A stretch of 24,000 nucleotides of DNA from positions 6,580 to 30,579 of the forward strand of contig NZ_JAKNTA010000013.1 in the NCBI RefSeq assembly GCF_022288725.1, written 5' to 3'. Source of the DNA: Kitasatospora sp. A2-31. Its GTDB lineage: Bacteria > Actinomycetota > Actinomycetes > Streptomycetales > Streptomycetaceae. Below the pieces are notes generated by a model that saw nothing but the letters and a program-made list of their open reading frames with translations, was not told the DNA's origin and did not search any database. A program made the position numbers and the translations under genes. Below are positions 1 to 6,308 of the stretch, piece by piece (the first letter of the stretch is position 1; each line of letters opens with the position of its first letter).

Positions 1-785
1 AGGCGATGACCGCGCACCGCCACCAGGCAGCCGCGCTGCGCTTCGTCCACGAGGGCACCGGCGCCTGGACGATCGTGGACGGCCAGAAGCTCAAGGTCGG
101 GCCGCGCGACTTCGCGATCACGCCCAACAACACCTGGCACGAGCACGGCAACGAGGCCTCGGACGAACCGGTGATCTGGCAGGACGGACTGGACATCCCG
201 CTCGTCAACGCCCTCGACGCGGGCTTCTACGAAGTCCACCCCGAGCTCTACCAGCAGCCCGGCACGGTGGTGAACTCCTCGCTGCTCAGCTACGCCGGCA
301 CCCTGCTGCCGTACGGGGTCGAGAAGTGGAGCCGCCCGTACTCCCCGCTGCTCGGCTGGCCCTGGGAGCCCAGCTACGAGGCGCTCCGCCGGCTGGCCCG
401 CGCGGGCGAGGGATCCCCGTACGACGGCGTGATCATGGAGTACGCCAACCCGGTCACCGGCGGTTCGGTGATGCCGACCATGAGCGCCCACCTGCAACTG
501 CTGCGCCCGGGCCAGGCCACGCTGGCGCACCGGCACACCGGCTCGGTCGTCTACACGGCGGCCAAGGGGCGCGGCGTCTCGGTGATCGCCGGGCAGCGCT
601 TCGCGTGGCAGCAGGGCGACGTCTTCGTGGTCCCGTCCTGGGCCTGGCACGAGCACGCGAACGCCGACCAGGGCGAGGACGCCTGCCTCTTCTCGTTCAA
701 CGACTTCCCGGTGATGCGCTCGCTCGGCATGTACCGCGAGGAGGCCCACCCGGACAACGGCGGCCACCAGGTCGTCCTCTCGTAA
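1..785 (+). CDS. gentisate 1,2-dioxygenase (bicupin), 5'-truncated by window edge
   Basis: The frame of ORF 6..785 is open to the window edge. The translation shows two cupin modules with metal-ligand motifs ('NTWHEHGN', 'LAHRHTGSVVY', 'SWAWHEHAN') and 'VIWQDGLDIPLVNALDAGFYE', typical of gentisate dioxygenases. TAA stop at 783-785. Confidence 0.85.
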   Translation, partial: AMTAHRHQAAALRFVHEGTGAWTIVDGQKLKVGPRDFAITPNNTWHEHGNEASDEPVIWQDGLDIPLVNALDAGFYEVHPELYQQPGTVVNSSLLSYAGTLLPYGVEKWSRPYSPLLGWPWEPSYEALRRLARAGEGSPYDGVIMEYANPVTGGSVMPTMSAHLQLLRPGQATLAHRHTGSVVYTAAKGRGVSVIAGQRFAWQQGDVFVVPSWAWHEHANADQGEDACLFSFNDFPVMRSLGMYREEAHPDNGGHQVVLS

Positions 786-796
786 GGAGCCCTTCG

Positions 797-1732
797 ATGC
801 ACCTGCTCAGCTTCCGTACGGGCGGCGGCGGCACGCCCCGCCTCGGCGCACGCAGCGGTGAGCGCGTGGCCGACCTGGTGGCGCTCGCCACCGCGGCCGG
901 CGCCCACCTGCCCGGCGATCTGGCCGCGCTGATCCGGGCCGGCGAACCCGCCCTGGCCACCGCCCGAGCGCTGCTGGCCACTGCTCCGGCCGACGCCTGG
1001 CTACCGCTCTCCCGGGTCACACTCTGTGCGCCGCTGCGCCCCGGCAAGATCATCGGCGTCGGCCTCAACTACGTCGAGCACGTCGAGGAGTCGCACCGCT
1101 CGCTCGACACCGAGCGCGAACTGCCGGACCGGCCGGTGCTGTTCGGCAAACCGGCCACCGCCGTCACCGGCCCCGGCGGGCCGATCCTGCACAACGCCGA
1201 CCTGACCAAGCAGCTCGACTGGGAGTGCGAACTGGCCGTGGTGATCGGCCGGACGGCTCGCCGGGTCACCGAGGCCGACGCGCTGCGGCACGTCTTCGGC
1301 TACAGCATCGTGAACGACGTCAGTGCGCGTGACCAGCGTCGCTCCGGGCAGTGGTTCTTCTCCAAGGGCCAGGACTCCTACTGCCCGTTCGGACCGGTCG
1401 TGGTCACCGCCGAGGAGATCCCGGACCCGCAGAACCTCGACCTCTCGCTCAAGGTCAACGGCGTGACCAAGCAGGACTCCAACACCCGCCACATGCTCTT
1501 CGGCGTCGCCCGGCTGATCGCCGACATCTCCTCCGGCATGACCCTGGAGCCCGGCGACGTGATCGCCACCGGTTCGCCGTCCGGCGTCGGGGCCGGCCTC
1601 GTCCCGCCGCAGTTCCTGCAGCCCGGCGACGTGGTCGAGGCCACCGTCGAACGGATCGGCACGCTCGCCAACCCGGTCGTCGACGCCCGTGACCACGACC
1701 CCCGTGACCACGGCGATGGGGCGGGTGCATGA
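797..1732 (+). CDS. fumarylacetoacetate hydrolase (FAH) family hydrolase; candidate fumarylpyruvate or maleylpyruvate hydrolase
   Basis: ATG at 797 is preceded by AAGGAG (784-789). FAH-family blocks are present: 'KIIGVGLNYVEHVEE', 'PVLFGKPATAV', 'LDWECELAVVIG', 'VFGYSIVNDVSARD', 'GDVIATGSPSGVG'. The longer ORF-track start at 326 overlaps the dioxygenase and is Arg/Pro-rich junk. Confidence 0.85.
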   Translation: MHLLSFRTGGGGTPRLGARSGERVADLVALATAAGAHLPGDLAALIRAGEPALATARALLATAPADAWLPLSRVTLCAPLRPGKIIGVGLNYVEHVEESHRSLDTERELPDRPVLFGKPATAVTGPGGPILHNADLTKQLDWECELAVVIGRTARRVTEADALRHVFGYSIVNDVSARDQRRSGQWFFSKGQDSYCPFGPVVVTAEEIPDPQNLDLSLKVNGVTKQDSNTRHMLFGVARLIADISSGMTLEPGDVIATGSPSGVGAGLVPPQFLQPGDVVEATVERIGTLANPVVDARDHDPRDHGDGAGA

Positions 1733-2634
1733 CCACCCACCGGGCCACCCACCGGACCACCCACCGGACCACCTACCGGATCGGCCAGATCGTCCCGAGC
1801 TCCAACGTCACCATGGAGACCGAGGTGCCGGCCCTGCTGCGGGCGAGGGAGCGGGTCGCCCCCGAGCGCTTCACCTTCCACTCCAGCCGGATGCGGATGA
1901 CCAGGGTCACGCCCGAGCAACTGCGCACGATGGACGCCGACTCGGACCGCTGCGCGCTCGAACTCTCCGACGCCCGGGTCGACGTGCTCGGCTACGCCTG
2001 CCTGGTGGCCGTCATGAGCAACGGGCCCGGCTACCACCGGGAGTCCGAGCGGCGGCTGCACCGGCGCACCGTCGAGAACGGCGCACCGGCGCCGGTGGTG
2101 ACCAGCGCGGGCGCCCTGGTGGCCGGGCTGCACGTCCTCGGGGCGAAGAAGGTCGCGCTGGTCGCGCCCTACCTGCGACCGCTCGCCCGGACGGTGGTGG
2201 ACTACCTCGCGCACGAGGGCATCACGGTGACCGACCACGCTGCCCTGGAGATCCCCGACAACCTGGCGGTCGCCGCCCACGACCCGGCCCGGCTGCCCGG
2301 GATCGCCGCCCGCCTGGCGCACGCCGAGGCGGACGCCGTGGTGCTCTCCGCCTGCGTGCAGATGCCCTCGCTGGCGGCCGTCGAGGAGGCCGAGCAGCGG
2401 CTCGGCAAACCGGTGGTCTCCGCCGCGATCTGCACCGTCCACCAGCTGCTGCGCGCGCTCGGGCTGCCCGCCTTCGCCCCCGGCGCGGGGGCGCTGCTCT
2501 CCGGCGCCTACCAGGCGAGCACGTCACCGGCCCCGGCTCCGGCGCCCACCGCGCCGTTCCGGCCCCCACCGGCCGTACCGCAGCCGTCCGCCGTCCCGCC
2601 GTCCGGACCACCTGGCGGCGCTCCGACAGTATGA
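1729..2634 (+). CDS. maleate cis-trans isomerase family protein (Asp/Glu racemase superfamily) with N-terminal THR-repeat and C-terminal Pro-rich extensions
   Basis: ATGA start/stop overlap with the upstream FAH gene (ATG 1729, TGA 1730-1732). The core 'YRIGQIVPSSNVTMETEVPALL' plus two candidate catalytic Cys contexts ('LGYACLVAV', 'VVLSACVQMPS') match the maleate isomerase/arylmalonate decarboxylase family. Confidence 0.8.
   Translation: MTTHRATHRTTHRTTYRIGQIVPSSNVTMETEVPALLRARERVAPERFTFHSSRMRMTRVTPEQLRTMDADSDRCALELSDARVDVLGYACLVAVMSNGPGYHRESERRLHRRTVENGAPAPVVTSAGALVAGLHVLGAKKVALVAPYLRPLARTVVDYLAHEGITVTDHAALEIPDNLAVAAHDPARLPGIAARLAHAEADAVVLSACVQMPSLAAVEEAEQRLGKPVVSAAICTVHQLLRALGLPAFAPGAGALLSGAYQASTSPAPAPAPTAPFRPPPAVPQPSAVPPSGPPGGAPTV
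1732..1779 (+). repeat. 4 x 12-bp in-frame tandem repeat (ACCACCCACCGG-like) encoding TTHR/ATHR/TTHR/TTYR
   Basis: Direct reading gives accacccaccgg | gccacccaccgg | accacccaccgg | accacctaccgg immediately after the ATG. An adjacent 15-bp-period repeat of cgtgaccacg lies at 1688-1697 and 1703-1712, at the end of the upstream gene. Confidence 0.9.
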
Positions 2635-2704
2635 TCACGCCGGACGGCCGCGGTCGCCGGCGCCGCCGCGCGCCCCGCGAGGCCACGACGGGAGGAGGGC
2701 CGCC

Positions 2705-3547
2705 ATGCCGGAGAACACGCCACGCCCCAGCTCCCTGATCCACACGATCTACGGCGAGTTCGTGCGGCGGCTCGGCGGCTGGATCTCGATAGCCGACCTG
2801 ATCGCGCTGATGGCCGAACTGGACGTCGACGCACCCGCCGTCCGGTCGGCGATCTCGCGGCTGAAGAAGGCCGGCACCCTGCTGCAGGAGCGGCGCGCGG
2901 GCACCGGCTACCGGCTGAGCCCGGCGATGGGCCCCGTCTTCGACGAGGGCGACCGCCGGATCTTCCACAGCCTGGCGCCCGCCGAGCTCGCCGACGGCTG
3001 GGTGGTCGCGGTCTTCTCCGTCCCCGAGTCGGAGCGGGCCAGCCGCCACCAGCTGCGGTCGCGGCTGGGCTGGCTCGGCTTCGGCAACGCCGCCCCCGGT
3101 GTCTGGCTGGCGCCCGCCCGGGTGCTGCCGGACGCCCGGCGGCTGCTGGAACGGCTCGGGCTGAGCGCGTACGTCCACCTCTTCCTGTCCGAGTACGCGG
3201 GGTTCGCCGAACTGCGTTCGGCGGTCGGCTCCTGGTGGGACTTCCCGGCGATCGAGGCGCAGTACGCCGAGTTCACCGCGGCCTGGGGGCAGGTGGCCGA
3301 CGGCCTGCGCCACGCGCGGATCGAGCCGGTCGAGGCGTTCCGCGCGTACGTCCCGATGCTCACCCAGTGGCGCCGGCTGCCCTACCTCGACCCGGGGCTG
3401 CCGGCGCCGCTGCTGCCGCCGGAGTGGAACGCCGTCGCGGCCCGCGCGGTCTTCACCGAACTGCACGGGCTGCTCGCCGAACCCGGTCTCCGGCACGTCG
3501 AGCAGCTCACCGGCCTGTCGCGCCCGGCGCTCGACGCCCGGCCGTAG
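2705..3547 (+). CDS. PaaX-family transcriptional regulator
   Basis: ATG 2705 is preceded by GGGAGGAGGG. The N-terminal wHTH-like 'SLIHTIYGEFVRRLGGWISIADLIALMAELDVDAPAVRSAISRLKKAG', the middle block 'WVVAVFSVPESERASRHQLRSRLGWLGFG', and the C-terminal 'YVPMLTQWRRLPYLDPGLP' are characteristic of PaaX-like repressors. Confidence 0.85.
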   Translation: MPENTPRPSSLIHTIYGEFVRRLGGWISIADLIALMAELDVDAPAVRSAISRLKKAGTLLQERRAGTGYRLSPAMGPVFDEGDRRIFHSLAPAELADGWVVAVFSVPESERASRHQLRSRLGWLGFGNAAPGVWLAPARVLPDARRLLERLGLSAYVHLFLSEYAGFAELRSAVGSWWDFPAIEAQYAEFTAAWGQVADGLRHARIEPVEAFRAYVPMLTQWRRLPYLDPGLPAPLLPPEWNAVAARAVFTELHGLLAEPGLRHVEQLTGLSRPALDARP

Positions 3548-3615
3548 CGCCGCGTCCCCGCCCGCCGGCCCGATCCCGCTGCCCGACCAGACGCCGTGAC
3601 CGAGGAACTGCCGCC

Positions 3616-5229
3616 GTGACCGACCACGCCCCCGCCGACCTGCTGATCCGGTCCGGCGCCGTCCACACGCTCGTCCCCGGCGAGGCGCCGCGCCGTGCGC
3701 TGGCCGTCACCGGCGACCGGATCACCGCGCTGTCCGCCTCGGCGGCCGGCCTGGACCACCTGATCGGCCCGGGGACGGAGGTGCTGGACCTGCCCGGCGC
3801 CACCGTGCTGCCCGCCTTCGACGACACCCACACCCACCTGATCCTGGCCGCGCACAGCGTCCACGACGTGCCGGTCCACCGGGCCGGGGACCTCGGCGAG
3901 TTCCTCGGCCTGATCCGTGAGCGGGCGGCCCGCACGCCCGCAGGTCAGTGGATCCGCACGACGATCAACTGGCAGGAGGTCAACCTCGCCGAACAGCGCC
4001 TGCCCCGCACCGAGGAGCTGGACGCGGCCACCGACCGGCACCCGGTGCTGGTGCGGCGCGGCGCCTACAACATGGTCCTCAACACGCCTGCGCTGCGGCT
4101 GGCCGGCATCACCGCCGCCACCGAACCCCCGCCCGGCGGCGTGATCGAGCGGGACGATCAGGGCCGGCTGACCGGCCGGCTGGTCGACAAGGCGGTCGCA
4201 CTGGCCGAACGGGTCCTGCCGCGCCCCGCGCTCGCCGATCGCATCGACGGCCTGCGAGCCGCGTCCGCCGACTACGCCGCGACCGGGATCGGTACCGTCC
4301 GCGACTGCCTCGTCCCGGTGGAGGACCTCGACGTGCTCCGCGGGGCCCGGCAGGCCGGTGCGCTGAGCGTGCGGGTGCGTGCCCTGGTCTCCGGCTTCGG
4401 GGCCCGTACGCCGGCGCAGGTGGACGAACTGCTCGACCGGATGGAGCCCTGGCGCGCCGAGGGCGATGCGTGGCTGAGCGTCTGGGGCGTCAAGTTCGGC
4501 ATCGACGGCGGCATCGAGGCGGGTGCGCTGGACGAGCCGTACGAAGGCCGCCCGTGCTACCACGGCACCCTGCTCTGGGAGCCGGAGGAGCTGGCCGCGG
4601 CGGTCGACCGGGTGGTCGCGCGCGGCTGGCGGGTCGGCGTGCACGCCTGGGGGGACCGCGGCCTCCGCACGTTGCTGGACGTCTTCGAGCAGGTGCTCGG
4701 GGGGCGCCCCGGCCTGGCTCCGGGCACCCTGGTGGTCGAACACGGCGGCCTGGCCCGGCCCGACCAGCGAGCGCGTGCGATCGCGCTCGGCATCCCGGTC
4801 ACCGTCCAGCATCCGCTGCTGCACGATGCGGCGACGGCCCAGATCCGGGCCTGGGGCGCCGAGCGGGTGCGCGGGATCTTCCCGCTGCGCGAGTGGCTGG
4901 ACGAGGGCGCGCTGCTGGCGGCCGGCTCGGACTTCCCCGTCGGGCCCTACGGGGCGATGGTCTCGGTCTGGGGCATGACGACCCGGCAGACCGTGGCCGG
5001 CGCACAGGGCGCCGAGCACGCGATCACCCGGGCCGAGGCGATCGCGCTGCACACCGTCGACGCCGCCCGCCTGCTCGGCGAGAGCGGCACGCGCGGGAGC
5101 CTGCGCCCCGGCGCGCTGGCCGACCTCACCCTCTGGCCCGCCGACCCGCTGACCTGCCCGCCCGACGAGCTGGCGGAGCTGAGGCCGCTGCGCACCGTCC
5201 TGGGCGGCCGGACGGTCCACCGGGCCTGA
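3616..5229 (+). CDS. metal-dependent amidohydrolase (Amidohydro_3 / YtcJ-like)
   Basis: GTG 3616 follows GAGGAA (3602-3607). Motifs include 'ATVLPAFDDTHTHL' (HxH metal motif), 'GVKFGIDGG', 'VGVHAWGDR' and 'LAAGSDFPV'. The ORF-track N-terminal extension from 3235 overlaps the paaX-like gene and is Arg/Pro-rich. Confidence 0.8.
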   Translation: MTDHAPADLLIRSGAVHTLVPGEAPRRALAVTGDRITALSASAAGLDHLIGPGTEVLDLPGATVLPAFDDTHTHLILAAHSVHDVPVHRAGDLGEFLGLIRERAARTPAGQWIRTTINWQEVNLAEQRLPRTEELDAATDRHPVLVRRGAYNMVLNTPALRLAGITAATEPPPGGVIERDDQGRLTGRLVDKAVALAERVLPRPALADRIDGLRAASADYAATGIGTVRDCLVPVEDLDVLRGARQAGALSVRVRALVSGFGARTPAQVDELLDRMEPWRAEGDAWLSVWGVKFGIDGGIEAGALDEPYEGRPCYHGTLLWEPEELAAAVDRVVARGWRVGVHAWGDRGLRTLLDVFEQVLGGRPGLAPGTLVVEHGGLARPDQRARAIALGIPVTVQHPLLHDAATAQIRAWGAERVRGIFPLREWLDEGALLAAGSDFPVGPYGAMVSVWGMTTRQTVAGAQGAEHAITRAEAIALHTVDAARLLGESGTRGSLRPGALADLTLWPADPLTCPPDELAELRPLRTVLGGRTVHRA

Positions 5230-5253
5230 CACCCGCCAGGCCACGGCCGGGCC

Positions 5254-5286
5254 GCCCTCCGGCGCTGCGGCTCCGCCCCGGAGGGC
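5254..5286 (+). terminator. candidate hairpin terminator after the amidohydrolase gene
   Basis: gccctccgg (5254-5262) pairs with ccggagggc (5278-5286), giving a 9-bp GC stem with a 15-nt loop. It lies 25 nt after the stop and has no U-tract. Confidence 0.35.
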
Positions 5287-5305
5287 CGCATCCCGGACGG
5301 GTGCT

Positions 5306-5336
5306 TCATCGGGTTGTCATCGGGCACTGGCACGGT
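5306..5336 (+). promoter_or_regulatory. SARP-box-like element: TCATCGG(5306-5312)-N4-TCATCGG(5317-5323)-N7-CACGGT (-10-like, A2/T6)
   Basis: Two identical heptamers (octamers TCATCGGG) have 11-bp periodicity and lie 75-105 nt upstream of the cutinase-like start codon. The 20-mer 5303-5322 is 19/20 identical to 6228-6247. Confidence 0.45.
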
Positions 5337-5410
5337 CGTCCCGTGACCTCGGCCGAGCGCGTGCCGCACCCGAGAGCGGGCGCGCGGGCCGACTGCATGG
5401 GGAGGAACGA

Positions 5411-6079
5411 ATGCGAGCACGACGGATCGCGGCCGCGGCAGCCGGAATCCTGCTGACGGTCGGGCTGACAGCGGCACAGGGGGCCACGGCACAGGGGGCG
5501 CCCGCGCGCGTGACGGCTCCGTGCGAGGGCACCTACACGATCGTGGTCGGGGGCACCGGCAGCTCGTGGAACAACGACGGGTTCACCGGCAACATCCAGC
5601 AGCACGTCGGGTATCCCACCCAGATCCCCAACGGTGCCAGCACGCGGGCCGGCGTCAACGAGCTGAACCGGCTGGTCCGCGACCAGCGCGCCGCGTGCCC
5701 GGGCCAGCACGTCAAGATGGCCGGGTACTCGCTGGGAGCCGGTGTGGTGCACGTCTGGGTCACCGAGAACTGGCAGACCTTCGACAACGTCAACGCCATC
5801 CTCGTCTCGGACCCCAAGCGCCAGGGCCCGCCCGGGGCCAACGGCGGGGCCGTGCCGTTCGGCGGCATCATCGGAGCTCCGCTCGCGGGTGCCGACAGGT
5901 TCTTCGGCAACGTGCCCGTCAAGACGATCTGCCACTGGGACTACGTCTGCGACGAGTCCGCCGGGATCTGGACCTACCCGTACAACCACGTCCACAACTA
6001 CCCCGAAGACTTCAACATGGATCACCACAACGACAGCGCCAACGAGGTCTGGTACAACGGCGCCTGGTACCCCGCGTAG
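5411..6079 (+). CDS. secreted cutinase-family (cutinase/PE-PPE-like) serine hydrolase
   Basis: ATG 5411 follows GGGGAGGA. The N-terminal signal peptide is 'MRARRIAAAAAGILLTVGLTAAQGATAQG'. Cutinase-like order of blocks: 'CEGTYTIVVGGTGSS', 'ACPGQHVKMAGYSLGAGVV' (GYSxGA nucleophile elbow), 'AILVSDPKR', 'KTICHWDYVCDES'. Confidence 0.75.
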   Translation: MRARRIAAAAAGILLTVGLTAAQGATAQGAPARVTAPCEGTYTIVVGGTGSSWNNDGFTGNIQQHVGYPTQIPNGASTRAGVNELNRLVRDQRAACPGQHVKMAGYSLGAGVVHVWVTENWQTFDNVNAILVSDPKRQGPPGANGGAVPFGGIIGAPLAGADRFFGNVPVKTICHWDYVCDESAGIWTYPYNHVHNYPEDFNMDHHNDSANEVWYNGAWYPA

Positions 6080-6120
6080 GCAAGAGGACGCCCGTCGGCC
6101 GGGTCCGTGGCCGCGCACCT

Positions 6121-6168
6121 TCACCGCCCGTCGGCGACCGGGAACGTCCGGCCGCCGACGGGCGGTGA
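6121..6168 (+). terminator. strong stem-loop terminator after the cutinase-like gene
   Basis: tcaccgcccgtcggcg (6121-6136) is the perfect reverse complement of cgccgacgggcggtga (6153-6168). Four more pairs inside (6138-6141 with 6148-6151) leave a 6-nt loop. It is followed by gccgtttcc. Confidence 0.7.
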
Positions 6169-6230
6169 GCCGTTTCCGCCGCCCGGCGGCTAAGGAGCCC
6201 GGCGGCTCCGGAGCCCCGGCCCGCGACGCT

Positions 6231-6261
6231 TCATCGGGATGTCATCGACCCTTCCTAGCCT
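6231..6261 (+). promoter_or_regulatory. SARP-box-like element: TCATCGG(6231-6237)-N4-TCATCGA(6242-6248)-N7-TAGCCT (-10-like)
   Basis: Same architecture and spacing as 5306-5336. TAGCCT fits the Streptomyces TAnnnT -10 and lies 48 nt upstream of the acylase ATG. It sits downstream of the strong terminator at 6121-6168, so this is an independent transcription unit. Confidence 0.5.
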
Positions 6262-6308
6262 GGCCGTGTTCAGCCAAACGACCGGACCGCAGGGGGAAGG
6301 ACGACTCG

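Noticed and set aside
326-796. Long N-terminal extension of the FAH-family ORF (start at 326)
   Set aside because: It overlaps the dioxygenase gene in another frame and translates to Arg/Pro/Gly-rich sequence. The ATG at 797, with AAGGAG 8 nt upstream, gives a typical family N-terminus.
3382-5244. 620-aa minus-strand ORF, and the 3235-3615 N-terminal extension of the amidohydrolase ORF
   Set aside because: Both are low-complexity. One is antisense to the amidohydrolase and the other overlaps the PaaX-family gene. A GTG at 3616 with a proper SD gives a family-typical N-terminus.
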